NCBI RefSeq assembly: GCF_006345805.1
Contig: NC_043007.1
Coordinates: 25,978,001 to 26,042,000, forward strand
Source: Octopus sinensis
Lineage: Eukaryota
Direction of reading: 5' to 3'
Length of the DNA stretch: 64,000 bases
The notes under the pieces are model-generated. The model made no database searches. It was not told where the DNA came from and worked only from the letters and a program-made list of their open reading frames with translations. Positions 12,151 to 24,234 of this stretch are shown piece by piece. The first letter of the stretch is position 1; each line of letters begins with the position of its first letter. The translations under genes were made by a program, and so were the position numbers.

Positions 12151-12860
12151 ACCTCTTTTATAGATTACTTTCCACAAGCTAAAACTACTTTTCCTTGTCG
12201 ATCTAGCTTTTACCTCATCACATATTGGGGATCTTCGATTGATTTTTCTGAGTGACTGACTGACTGTCTGTGTGTGGAGATAAATATATCGAACGATGAT
12301 TGTGTCATGGTGGTCGATGTCAAGAGTGGCTGGTGGTATCGTATTTGTTTATTGGTGATGCAGGAATTGCTTGGTATATATTATATAGCACGTCTTATCG
12401 ACCCGAGATTACCCAATCAGTCAGTCAGCCAGCAAACCAACCAACCAACCGACCAGCTCTGCCGGCCGGCCAGCCTGCCAGCCAGCCAACCATCATCTAC
12501 ATCTCGAGTAAATACAGCAAAACCTATCACCATCTCTTAACGCAGCTGGAGAAAAACACTCTTTGGTAATGGTTTCCTCGTTGTGATGTGATTATATAGC
12601 ATCTCATTGTATCACGCCTCTCCCCTGCAACTATATTATCTTAAACCCCCCCCCCCAAAAAAAAACCTTAAAAAAGCGACAGGATTCTAAAATACACGTA
12701 CGTACACACGCACGCACATGTACATTGTAAACAAATGAGATTTCAGCTTTCAAAAGCTATTTTCTTTTCTTTCTTCCCCCTTTTTTTTTCTTGTAAGGGA
12801 CGGTTGATTCTATGTAAGAGTGGGAGATATATATTTAAATGGAAAAATTTGAATATTTTT

Positions 12861-13462
12861 ATGGAGTGATTTGAGGGAAGATTTGGCTGCTATTTCATGT
12901 ATCATGTAATCAGGTTTTATTTTTTTTTTTCTGAACAATTTGTAGCTAATTTAGTTTTCAGTTATTTGGATGGAGTGATTTGAGGGAAGATTTGGCTGCT
13001 ATTTCATGTATCATGTAATCAGGTTTTATTTATTTTTTCTGAACAATTGTAGCTAATTTAGTTTTCAATTATTTGGATGGAATACGTGTATGGAGTGATT
13101 TGAGGGAAGATTTGGCTGCTATTTCATGTATCATGTATTCAGGTTCTGATTTATTTATTTTTTTCTGAACAATTGTAGCTAATTTAGTTTTCAATTATTG
13201 GATGGAATACGTGTATGGAGTGATTTGAGGGAAGATTTGGCTGCTATTTCATGTATCATGTATTCAGGTTCTGATTTATTTATTTTTTTCTGAACAATTG
13301 TAGCTAATTTAGTTTTCAATTATTGGATGGAATACGTGTATGGAGTGATTTGAGGGAAGATTTGGGTGCTATTTCATGTATCATGTAATCAGGTTTTATT
13401 TATTTTTTTCTGAACTATTGTAGCTAATTTAGTTTTCAATTATTGGATGGAGTACGTGTATG
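12861..13462. repeat. Five-copy tandem array, unit 109-125 bp
   Basis: ATGGAGTGATTTGAGGGAAGATTTGG starts at 12861, 12970, 13090, 13215 and 13340. Confidence 0.95.
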
Positions 13463-13773
13463 TAGTACTTTCCTTGTATTTGTTTTTAAAGGTTCTCGAT
13501 AAGAATAAGGCGGTAAATCTTAAGGATTAACCTACAGTTGTTACATAGACACACGTTTGTATGTATGTATGTATGCATGCATGTGTGTGTGTATATAAAA
13601 AAGTATATGCCTCAGTTTGTATGTATGTATGTAACGATGGCTTAGCTAGCCGAAACTTCGAAATCACTGCCACTGATATACTTTGTTTAAGAGTAATACA
13701 TTTGTACTATACAAAAGTATAAAGATTAATATAAAATTGTTATAATTGAACATAAAAACAAACATTAATATAT

Positions 13774-13805
<32 letters not shown>

Positions 13806-14087
13806 CTATATATATGTGGGTGTGTGTGTGTGTATGTATGTATATATATGTGTGTGTACAAGGTGCTGAAGGTTCACTTCACAACCACGAATTTTTTGGG
13901 TCCACTTTATACGCCTTGGATTAGCACCTATTTGCCTTGAGCTGACCGGGAGTAAAACTTGGTATGCAGAGAGAGATTGTACCAAAAGCCATCGTATACA
14001 TATGTCTGTGTAAATATATGTGTATACATTTGTCTTTGCCCGTGTTCACGTAGGTACCTGTTGGGCAGCAGTAACTTTTGTTCTCAT

Positions 14088-14340
14088 CATCATCATCATC
14101 CAGTGTTTTAAATCCAGGTTTTGTCCCCATTAACGGGGGGTGGCTGGATCTACTTCAATGCCATAGCAACTGATGTACGCAGGTGCTGCCCACCCCAACG
14201 TTTGGGCTGGCTGGTACCCATATTCTCCTTTGCTATCATGAGGCTTTTTTGGAGCAGGATTTTCTATGGGGAGCATGCCCTTGCTTACCCCCCAACCTCA
14301 GTTTCTAGACATGAGTGGTTCCGAGACCAATGTCCCTACC
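14088..14340 (-). mobile_element. RTE-type SINE/LINE 3' fragment with (GAT)n tail (family C), degenerate
   Basis: (CAT)n followed by sequence related to 19078 and 50321. Confidence 0.55.
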
Positions 14341-15582
14341 ATGATTTTTAAGAAATGTGATGGAAAACTAGCTCAGGAAGGCAGGGACTCTACTCTCTGA
14401 GATCCCTTTGGCCCCCCCCCCACTGTGTTTTCGTTCTGTAAAAAAAACAAGCACAAAAAAAAAAAGATTGCTTCCATATTATTGCTGTTTGATGTACAAA
14501 TTCCAGTGGAATGAAAAGTACCTTTGAAAAACAAAAGGCTTGGTGACCTGATTCACACCTTCAAGAAGTCTTATCCAACCCAGGCTCATTTGGAGAAAGC
14601 TGATATAAAAAAAAAATAATGGTATCAAATTTTGGCACAAGGATAGCAATTCCAGGGAAGAGGATAAGTTGATTATATCAACCTTAATGTTCAACTGTTA
14701 CTTATTTTATTGAAGAAGCCCAAAAGGATAAACTCAGAACATAAAGATAGACTAGATGTTGCTAAATATTTTTTCCATCTTTCTTATGATTCTGCCAATT
14801 CGCTGCCTTAAAACTAACGATGAGATATCCTCACAGCATTCTTACATAAATTGGATGGGTCGTCGTGGTTAATTCATTTCTTAGTTGGAGTTACTGCTCT
14901 CCTAGATGGGCCAGAAGGCCATATTTTATTTGTATATTCAAGTTTTGGCATAGTTTCAATAACCAAATGTTCTTTCTAACACCAACCACTTAACTGGATG
15001 TGGTGAATGCATTTTCTGCTGGAACCTACACTAAGGAGGTTGTCATGTTCTTAGCCAGACTAATGGAGTTTTCTTGACTCTACACTGTAGCTGCTCATAT
15101 GCCAACAGCTTTAAAGTGTACTGCTATGTTTTATTGTGACATTAGCATTAGTGAGATTACTTTGTGCTCTGTAAAGTTAAGAGTCCTTACTATTTATTCC
15201 ATGATGCCTTTGTAGCATGACCGAGATGGTGGATTTGAGAGCAGTGACAGAAGGACTAGACTGTGTATGTGAAGGAACCAAGAGTTTGATGGGAAAAACA
15301 GATTAAGAGGGTGGTAGATGTGGGGAGTAATGGTTGAATGACAGTGCTGGCAGGAGGGACGAGAAAGGGAGATGGCAATGGCAGAGAAGTATGTATGTAT
15401 ATATGTACGTACATACACACATATAGGCACAGATTCTTTTATTCATTTACTTGTTTCAGTCATTGGACTGCGGCCATGCTGGCGTGCTGCTTTAATAATG
15501 CATACACATATATAAATATACATATGTACAGACACACACACATGTACATGTGTGTATATATATAATACACACACATACACAC

Positions 15583-15778
15583 ATGAGGGGGTGCTGAAAA
15601 GTTCCTGGCTTTAAGGGTATTGGAGGACCAATCTTCTGAGCTCTTTTACAGGGCTTAGAAAAACTGAAGGCCTGCTACCATAAGTGTGTGAATCTGAGAG
15701 AGGAATATTTTGAATAAAATCGATCAACTGACCCTGTATTTTCTTTTACCCAAAACCAGGAACTTTTCAGAACCCCTC

Positions 15779-15780
<2 letters not shown>
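15583..15780 (+). mobile_element. Mariner-derived MITE retaining transposase C-terminus
   Basis: TIRs ATGAGGGGGTGCTGAAAAGTTCCTGGCTTT / AAAACCAGGAACTTTTCAGAACCCCTCAT. The internal frame LQGLEKLKACYHKCVNLREEYFE* resembles the mariner C-terminal GI.KL..RW.KC...G.Y.E. Confidence 0.85.
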
Positions 15781-15810
<30 letters not shown>

Positions 15811-16663
15811 GTGTGTGTGTGTGTATATATATATATATAGGTCTGTGTGTATATCAGGAGAGACTTTTTGAGGCATGTTTTCTACAGCTGGATGCTCTTC
15901 CTGTCGTGCCCTCAAATGCAAAGGCAACAAAGATCTCCAGTTATTCTTTCCAGGAAATTGGGTGCTCCTTTTTTGTGCAGTGATACAAGGTTGGTTATGT
16001 CTGGTAGAGTTTTAAATCAAGGAACATCTTGTGACTTATTTTATTTTCTGTTTTGTGAAGATTTATTCAGATTTCTGTTTTAATCATCAGAAATAATGAT
16101 TCTGTAGGAAAAAAAAAAAATCTTTCTGAGAATTTCAATACTTTTCATGTTTTGCGTCCTATCTTTTCTACTTAGAATATGTAACTTACAGTTATGTTTC
16201 AGTTCAGAAGTTTTACAAATTACTTTTTTACAGTTATGTGTCTTTCACATAGACATAGGAGTTTACAGTCAGAAACAACGAAAACAAAATGAAGGTTTAC
16301 TGTTAAGGTGGAACAAACACGTGGGATTGAAAAAAAAAATGCCAAAATTTTTTTAAGAATTTATCTTAGCATTACATACTGTCATATGTAATGTTTATTC
16401 ACATTGTTTTGAATTAATCCTGCATTATCTTGTAGCATCGAGATTTCAATGATGTTTGTTTATTTTGAGAATGACATTGTAGGGCAGGTGTGAGAAGCCA
16501 GATCTGGTTGGTTTGAACATAAAACAGGTAGAATATTTGGGCTCTATATGACCTGTTTAAAACAGATGTCATAAGAAATTTTCTAAAAAGACAAAAAAAT
16601 GTTGTGTACAGTAATATTTATTTTGAAACTTTGTCTAGTGTTCATCAAGAATCATTGTTTTAA

Positions 16664-16882
16664 CCCTTTCATTATCGTATTTATTTTGAGATGCTGTGTT
16701 TTTATCAATCAATTTTAAATGTAACCAAGAATTTAGTAAAATAACTTAGTTATCATTAAGCTAGAGTTAGGAACATAAATTGTGACTAAGTTTTGGTGGA
16801 AGATTTTAATTCAACACTTATGAAAACAATCATTTGTACTACAGAACCAGAGGCAGTTTCAGCTGGTTTGGTATTGAAAGGG
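16664..16882 (+). mobile_element. piggyBac-like MITE
   Basis: TTAA|CCCTTTC...GAAAGGG|TTAA termini. Homologous to 56479 and 60985. Confidence 0.85.
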
Positions 16883-17142
16883 TTAAGTCAACTGCCCTGA
16901 GATGCTAACATTTATCCTTTTAGTTCTTTTTATCCCAGCTAATGCCTTGTATTTCAACAAGTTAATATGTAACCTTTATTTAAGATGGTAGAATGTGATT
17001 TCTAAGAAATTTGGTTACTCTCCTCAGCAAGTTAACTGACCATGTGTTGGCTGCCTGTTGAACATAATTGTCTGCCACAAAACTAGTCTCATTTTTTTCT
17101 CTCCTCTCTCCTTTTCTCCTTGTTTTATATGTTCTGTTTCAG

Positions 17143-17171
17143 ATCTTTAGAATAGGTGGTTGAACTAACAG
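17143..17171 (+). other. Candidate 29-nt spliced exon, probably non-coding (UTR or lncRNA)
   Basis: Long polypyrimidine tract ending TTTCAG|, donor CAG|GTGAGT, stops in all three frames. Confidence 0.4.
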
Positions 17172-18132
17172 GTGAGTTAGTTCACATCAGCAAAGCTAAA
17201 TAATGATTTTTGACTTAGTTAGGGAGACTGGTTTTTCAGTTACATATATACATTTTGACATCATAGATACATTATTACAAGATATATATGTATATATTGT
17301 GTATGCTTTATAGAAAAATTGTGTATATGCATTGTATGTATATATTGTATATACACAATGCATATTAAGTGCAGGCATGCCTGCATGATTAAGAGATGTG
17401 CTTCACAAGCAAGCAGTTTTGAATTGGATCCCATTATATACAATTGTGGGCAAGTACTTTCTACTCTAGTTTCAAAGTGATAAATGTCTTGAGGATGAAA
17501 TTTGGTAAATGGAAACTGTATGAAACCCTGTCATTGTTCTTACATCCTCTTTTCCATACTTACATTGACCAGATGAGAATATGTCTGGAGCAGAGTTTTC
17601 TATGGCCAGCTGCTCTTCCTGATACCAACTTCCTTCTGTTTTCAAGCAAAGAAATACCCCCACCTCCTTATCTGTTGGACAGTGAACAGCTTGGACATGG
17701 CTACATGGAGACAATGCTGTTTGAACAGGCCCTTTCTTTACAAAGATCGTGTGACATGTCAAGAAGCCCAAGCATGCTTTTGCATTGGACTACAAGTAAA
17801 CAGCACTGACTGTTTGAACAGTGATGCTTTTGTGTACAACCAGCAAACAGGTTGAGGGAAAATATGAACTCACTCATATACACATGCACTTATAATGGAC
17901 TTCTCAAAGTTTCTGTTCATCACTTTCAGTTACAAGGTATTGGACAACTTGCAACTGTAGTAACCGATGCCAACCAACAAGTTCCTAGTGGTTGGATTGA
18001 ACCTGTAGCCACATGGTTCCAATGCAAACTTCTTAACTACACAGATGTGTATATGTGTGTATTATCACCGTTTAACGTCCACTGTGTGTGTGTGTATGTG
18101 CATATGTATATGTATATATAGGTGTATGTGGG

Positions 18133-18292
18133 TTTGCTAGGGAGGACGAGTTTTTCAAGAACATCATATTACTAGTGATCTTGTTCCTTATTCCTCTCTT
18201 CTGTCAGGTTCAGGATCTTGAGGTCAGCCTTCACCACTTCATCTCATGTTTTCCTGGGTCTCTCTCTTCCGCTAGTTCCAGCCATATTAAGT
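18133..18292 (-). mobile_element. RTE-clade LINE ORF2 C-terminal fragment (decayed)
   Basis: The minus frame gives GTSGRERPRKT*DEVVKADLKILNLTE..., matching the RTE C-terminal GRGRPRKTW.EVVK.DL pattern. Confidence 0.8.
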
Positions 18293-19077
18293 GATCAACA
18301 CACACACACACACACATACACACACACGCACATTTGTTTGTAATCATTTAGATTCAGCTCAGTTCTGAAAGAGTGACCTACAATTAAAACTCTAGAGTGT
18401 GCTTTGAGCGAAATATGCCCATTTATATGTGACTATGCAGAAAACCATGCAGTCTCCCATTGGCTTGATGTTTTTTTTTTCTTTTTTGTTTTATAAGATG
18501 TTTTGGGTCAAAATGTTTTGCTAAGAACCTCTTGGCAGTTTCTCACAGAAGGTGAAGGTAGTTCAAGGCATTATGTAGGTGTGAATAGGAATTACAACTA
18601 GGTCAACATGTTTTCCCAATATTGGTATGGCTTTTATGTCTAGACACAAGCAACCTTTATGATGGAAGCCTGCCTCTACGCACAACAAGGCAATCACATT
18701 TGTATCTTATGTCTATCGATTTGTTTCACCATCTTATCCAGAATCTGTCTGTCAGTCTGGCATTTCATGTTTATCAATATGGTTATCTGCTTGTCTATCT
18801 GTCAGCTTATCTGTCTGTATGTCTATCTATCTATCTATCTATCTTGGTGTCTGGCTATCCAGCTACATATCTAAACATCTCTTTCTCTTAGCAAAAATGG
18901 AAATAACACATTCCTTTGAAATCTTTTGTTAAAGCTAGTGGTGGTAGATTGATGGTTTGCCATTTAAAAACAACACACTATTATATATTCATTTCTTTTA
19001 CAATACATATTATTATTGTTTGTCTGTGTTTGTGAAGCACTTTCATTCTTGTACAACATGTTGGCATTATGGAACAT

Positions 19078-19200
19078 GTATCATCATCATCATCATCGTT
19101 TAACGTCCGCTTTCCATGCTAGCATGGGTTGGACGGTTCAACTGGGGTCTGGCAAGCCCGAAGGCTGCACCAGGCCAGTCAGATCTGGCAGTGTTTCTAC
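19078..19200 (-). mobile_element. Family-C retroposon 3' end with (GAT)n tail
   Basis: CATCATCATC GTTTAACGTCCGCTTTCCATGCTAGCATGGGTTGGACGG. Homologous to 50321 and 59340. Confidence 0.8.
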
Positions 19201-19774
19201 ACTGTATGTATGTGTGTATTCATTTTTTTCTATGTATTGGTTGTAGCCATGCTGTCACACACTACTTTTAATTTATTTAGTCAATCATACTGGCAAACTT
19301 TTGGATTTATTTCAGTCTGGTGCATATTTTATTGGTCTTTATTTGTCAGATTGCTCAGTTATGGAACATAAAAGGAGGACATCAACAATACTTGTTTTTA
19401 CACTCCTGTAAAAAGCATTATCTATCTATCTATATTTTTAATACACACACACACACAACTTGAAGGCCATATTAGAACATAATTGCCCGAGGTATTCAAG
19501 CACCCAACTATGGGATTTGAAAGCAAACTTCTTAACCATACGACCATACATTTGCCTGAGTGTATATGTATTTCAACACATCCACACTCTCTCCCATGTA
19601 TGCATATAATATACATATTCTTTCTACACTGTTTTCACCATTATTGTCTTGTCACGTGCCTCACTTTACCCAGGAGGAGGTGATTGCACTCTGTGGAAAC
19701 TCTAGAGTAACAGCCCCACCCCACATATATAAATGCATACATACGTATATATATATGTATGCGTGTGTGTGTGC

Positions 19775-19822
<48 letters not shown>

Positions 19823-19827
<5 letters not shown>

Positions 19828-19995
19828 ATCCAAACAAGAAAACACAGAAAAAAACACAGCAACGCGAGGACGTGGAACAATTAAAGTATTATTTGACGCT
19901 CAGGAAAGAAGGGAAGGAGGGTTTAACGTTTCGAGCGGAGCTCTTCGTCGGAAACAAAGGAGAAGGAAAGATCCCGAGAAGGGAAGACAGAGGAA
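19823..19995 (-). mobile_element. Penelope-type terminal repeat remnant with minimal hammerhead-like motif (19921-19955)
   Basis: Minus strand GUUU-CCGACGA-A-GAGC UCC GCUC-GAAAC-GUU-AAAC. Homologous to 39085-39290. Confidence 0.65.
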
Positions 19996-20004
19996 AATAC
20001 ATAT

Positions 20005-20073
<69 letters not shown>

Positions 20074-20077
<4 letters not shown>

Positions 20078-20334
20078 AATTGCAGCGTGGAAGGTGTTTA
20101 TAAGCCATTTAAAAACACAAAAAGCCGTTAGATTCACTTCAACATTTAAATTTGTCACTCGCCTCGAAACCGCGACCTGTTCACTGAAAAGTACGAAATT
20201 TTGTCAGTAAACAGGTCGCGGTTTCAAGGCGACGAAGATATTTTGACAAATTAAACTTAAATATTGAAGTGAATCGAACGGCTTTTGTGTGTTTCTTAAA
20301 TGGCTTATAAACACCTTCCACGCTGCAATTGTTT
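20074..20334. repeat. ~260 bp foldback (palindromic MITE-like element)
   Basis: The left arm AAACAATTGCAGCGTGGAAGGTGTTTATAAGCCATTTA... is the reverse complement of the right arm. There is a nested inner stem GAAACCGCGACCTGTT / AACAGGTCGCGGTTTC. Confidence 0.9.
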
Positions 20335-20461
20335 TCGTTTCAGCACACGATCTCAGATCAAATTACTTGCTATGCGAGTACATCTCCGTAATATATATAT
20401 ATCTATATCTATATCTGCTAAACATCAGATGTTGCAAGATAGCATACTATATTGCATGCTG

Positions 20462-20888
20462 GGCAAGACTTCCGACCCCCCCCCCCCAAAAAAAAAACAC
20501 CCTTAAAAATATTTTTTTTACACAACCCCCACCCCCCTTTTCGGCTACGGGAATACGAATCTGCAAAAAAAAAAAAAAGGTAAAAATCGACATTTGTAAA
20601 TTATCCCCTCCAAATTACCCTCTTCCTTCATTTTAAACATTTTCTTACAATTATCATGATTCGGACAAAAATTTCAAAACATTTCTGTACTTACGGTTAG
20701 TGTTTTAGGGTAAGGGTTAGGGTTGGGGAAAAAAGTTAAAATCGAAGAAGCTGGGGGGGGGGTGGATTTCGCAATGCCGATCTTTGGCAATTTTCCGGAA
20801 CCTCCGTATCCGAAAACGGGGATTTTTTACAAAAAAAAAATTACAAAAAGAAACAAATTTGGGAGAAAATGGGGGGGGGGGTCTTTCC
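20462..20888. mobile_element. Non-autonomous DNA transposon, GG...CC termini, perfect 8-bp TSD (Merlin-like), family M2
   Basis: GCATGCTG at 20454-20461 and 20889-20896. Termini GGCAAGAC / GTCTTTCC with poly-C/poly-G subterminal tracts. Confidence 0.75.
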
Positions 20889-21260
20889 GCATGCTGTCCT
20901 TATTCGTATATATTAAGCTCTTCCTTAATATTTCAGTGGCACCATTCCCTGTTCCTGTTTTTGGCACAATGTTGAATTTAAAACAACAAAAATACTTTTC
21001 TTGTTTTTCCAATCTTTAGTATTTTTCAATTGTTTTAAGGTTTTTATCGATTAAGTGAGCTTACTAAATTTTCCCTCTCATTAACCATCCTTATAAACCC
21101 ACTTAATTTAATATTAAGTCATGCAAGTAGTATGGTGCATATGTATATGTACATACATGTGTGTGTGTGTGTGTTTATGTGTATATCTGTCCGTCCGTAT
21201 ATCGATCGATCGATCGATCGATCGAAGAAGAATGGTGTAAACATGTCCTTTAATTAGATT

Positions 21261-21458
21261 AATTTGCAATTGTTTCATCTCGATTCGATCTTATGAATAT
21301 CGTTATGTCATGCAATAATGTAAGCAAATATTGAGGTGTCATTGTCACGCATCAAATTCGACTCTTCAGAATCACGTATAAAAGTTGTTTGCATATATTA
21401 TTGCATAATATAGTAAGAGTATTCATGAGGTCGAATTCATATGAAACAATTGCAAATT
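21261..21458. repeat. Imperfect inverted repeat (~70 bp arms), decayed MITE/foldback
   Basis: AATTTGCAATTGTTTCAT... at 21261 pairs with ...ATGAAACAATTGCAAATT ending at 21458. Confidence 0.75.
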
Positions 21459-21540
21459 CATGTAATAAAAAGACTTTCTCACTCCATTCTGCAGATATTT
21501 AAGGGTTTTCAAGCAGATCCATGGATAAGGTATACTCTTT

Positions 21541-21843
21541 TTACTCTTTTACTTGTTTCAGTCATTTGACTGCGGCCATGCTGGAGCACCGCCTTTTTTT
21601 AGTCGAGCAAATCGATCCCGAGACTTATTCTTTGTAAGCCCAGTACTTATTCTATCGGTCTCTTTTGCCGAACCGCTAGGTGACGGGGACGTAAACACAC
21701 CAGCATCGGTTGTCAAGCAATGCTAGGGGGACAAACACAAACACACACGCATATACATATACACATATATACATATATACGACAGGCTTCTTTCAGTTTC
21801 CGTCTACCAAATCCACTCACAAGGCATTGGTCGGCCCGGGGCT
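21541..21843 (-). mobile_element. Family-B SINE, 5'-truncated where it abuts an RTE fragment
   Basis: Reverse complement of the 3' two-thirds of 52550-52948. Confidence 0.9.
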
Positions 21844-22260
21844 ATGGAGAAGCAAAGGTATGTGTTGTAAAACGAAGCTGTACCTGTTCAAGACGTTGGT
21901 CAGACCATTATTAACTCTATGAATGTGAAAACTGGAAAGTGATAAAAATGGAAGAAAAAAACAATGGACAGCTTCCATTTCACATGTTCAAGGAGAATAC
22001 TCGACATGAAGTGGCTGCGAAGAGTCCACAATAACACATTTGAAACGACAACGGGCATCAGTAAGATCAGTCACGAAATAGGATGAAGGCGCTGTAACTG
22101 GATCGGACATGTCACCCGACAAAATTGAGAAAGCGATTGTATGGTGGCACTAAAGTGGTAACCAGAGGAGGAAAAAAGCAACAGGGCTCTCTAAAATCAC
22201 ATAATGAAGAACCATTGGCAAGAACAAGCGGGAAGAATGGTGAAGCTGCAATGAGAATAT
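21844..22260 (+). mobile_element. RTE-clade LINE ORF2 fragment (pseudogenised)
   Basis: LWRSKGMCCKTKLYLFKTLVRPLL / ENWKVIKMEEK / MDSFHFTCSRRILDMKW / RRCNWIGHVTR, the RTE post-RT motifs, with frameshifts. Confidence 0.85.
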
Positions 22261-22306
22261 GACGCTTCAACGTGACGTCGGTAAACTACAAAAATGACGA
22301 AATACC

Positions 22307-22507
22307 TATTTCTTTATTACCCACAAGGGGCTAAACACAGAGGGGACAAACAAGGACAGACATAGGTATTAAGTCGATTACATCGACCCCAGTGCGTAAC
22401 TGGTACTTAATTTATCGACCCCGAAAGGATGAAAGGCAAAGTCGACCTCGGCGGAATTTGAACTCACAACGTAACGGCAGCTGAAATACCGCTAAGCATT
22501 TCGCGCC
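22307..22507 (-). mobile_element. Family-A SINE (AAAGAAATA-tailed subfamily)
   Basis: Reverse complement of the 62393-62623 type. GAAATACC is repeated at 22299-22306 and 22483-22490. Confidence 0.9.
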
Positions 22508-22589
22508 CATCGATGTCCATCACTGTTGAATGGGATTTAGAGCGAGTTGTTTCGCCCTGCTTGTGACTTTGCTGTCGTCCACTCATTGC

Positions 22590-22905
22590 GTTTTAACTAG
22601 CTATGGAGAAGCGAAGTTATAGGCCGCAACACGAAGGTTTTCAAGACATTGGTCTGACCATTATTAACTCTGCGGATGTGAAAACTGGAAACTTTACAAA
22701 AATGGAAGCAAAAACAATGGACAGCTTCCGTTTCACATGTTCAAGGAGAATACTCGACATCAAGTCCAAAATAACTCATTTGAAACGACAACAGGCATCA
22801 GTAAGATCAGTGGTGAAATAAGACACTGGAACTGGATCGGACACGTCCTCTGACAAGATCGAGAAAGCGATTGTATGGTGGGTGACACTAAAGTGACAGG
22901 CTTAA
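22590..22905 (+). mobile_element. Second, diverged copy of the same RTE fragment as 21844-22260
   Basis: Shares GTGAAAACTGGAAA, AAAACAATGGACAGCTTCC, CATGTTCAAGGAGAATACTCGACAT and AACTGGATCGGACA. Confidence 0.85.
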
Positions 22906-24234
22906 TGGGAAAAGAACAGCATGGTGCTTTAAAACCACTTGTAGAAAACAGCTGGTTGGAGAGATCATGTTGTTAAGCCTCGTGTGCCTCGTCGCTCAGA
23001 GCGAACTATCTCACCCTAATAGAAGGCTAAGAGCAAATTCATCCACAATGATACTGTACCCACTAGTATACAAGCCACGCTTTTAGTATACTATAGTAAC
23101 TTTTTGATAGTGGATGAATATATCGCTAGAAAAAATTCATATATGTATCAGAATACAAGCTTTACCACACCTAACCATAAACGCATTGTTAAAGTATATT
23201 ACATTTACACCAGGATGCAAAATCTCTTCAACATTAAACAAATTGGCTAACCACAAAATGTAGCTCAGACTACCGATGTGAACGTGAACGTTGTAAACTT
23301 CCCGATTCAAACTGTTAGATTGGACATACAAGTACAACACTTTATCGACAGTTTAGCATGCATTAACAAGGAATAATTTCAGCTTATATAAAATAATATT
23401 GGGATAGAAAGACTCTAGTTGATAGCGTTACAGTTTTATATAGAATTCTACAAAAAGAATGCTATGGGAGTTTTACATATATGCAAGATACAAACTTAAG
23501 TAAGCAGACACACATCACACGTCGTCTGTATGTGTGATGGTGTCATGAAATCTACCATGATCTACTGTCACATCATTTTAAGCCGATGATGACATTATGA
23601 GTTTTTCAGTTATCCCCAAGACGTTTTGTGATTCACCACAGAATTCACGGACAATATGTTATTAAAATAGTTTAATTTGAAAATGAGGTTATAAAACATC
23701 AGCCTTAGGGATTTAAAGATGATATTGTTCCAAACTAAATATAAAGAACTTATGAGGGAAATTAGAAAAATCATCACTATGCATATGTACACCTGTTTTT
23801 ACGTGCACGCATGTGTACATGTGCTTGTGTCTGTTTTGATAATCTTTTGTTAGGAAGAAGATCCACGTTTTATTGAAGATAGAACGTTTCAATACTGGCA
23901 GTCGTGTTTTTCTTGTGGTTACTGCTTTATATCCAGGAGTACATCTTTTAAAATGTTCTGCATCGCTAATTGTGCGACCAACAGTTTTATTAAAGTTGCT
24001 CTACTCATACATTTTGGTTTTATATATCCGCTTGGATTGTTCTACTCTCATTATATATACCTTTTTGGTTTATCATACCTTGATTGTAAACCTTCTTGGA
24101 TTGTTCTACTCAGATTTCAAACCTTGGATTGCCTTACTCTTGGTGTAAAGCTTCTTGGATTGCCCTGCTACTCAGGTTATAAATTATTTGGATTTCTCTG
24201 CTCCAGTTTTGATTTAACTCCAATCTTCTTGATC

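Noticed and set aside
12861-13462. CRISPR-like repeat-spacer appearance (also 4604-5050 and 46670-47220)
   Set aside because: The sequence between repeats is itself repeated or is (TA)n, there are no cas genes, and the context is eukaryotic.
18195-18294. Strong plus-strand acceptor plus open frame VQDLEVSLHH...
   Set aside because: It is the antisense of an RTE LINE C-terminus.
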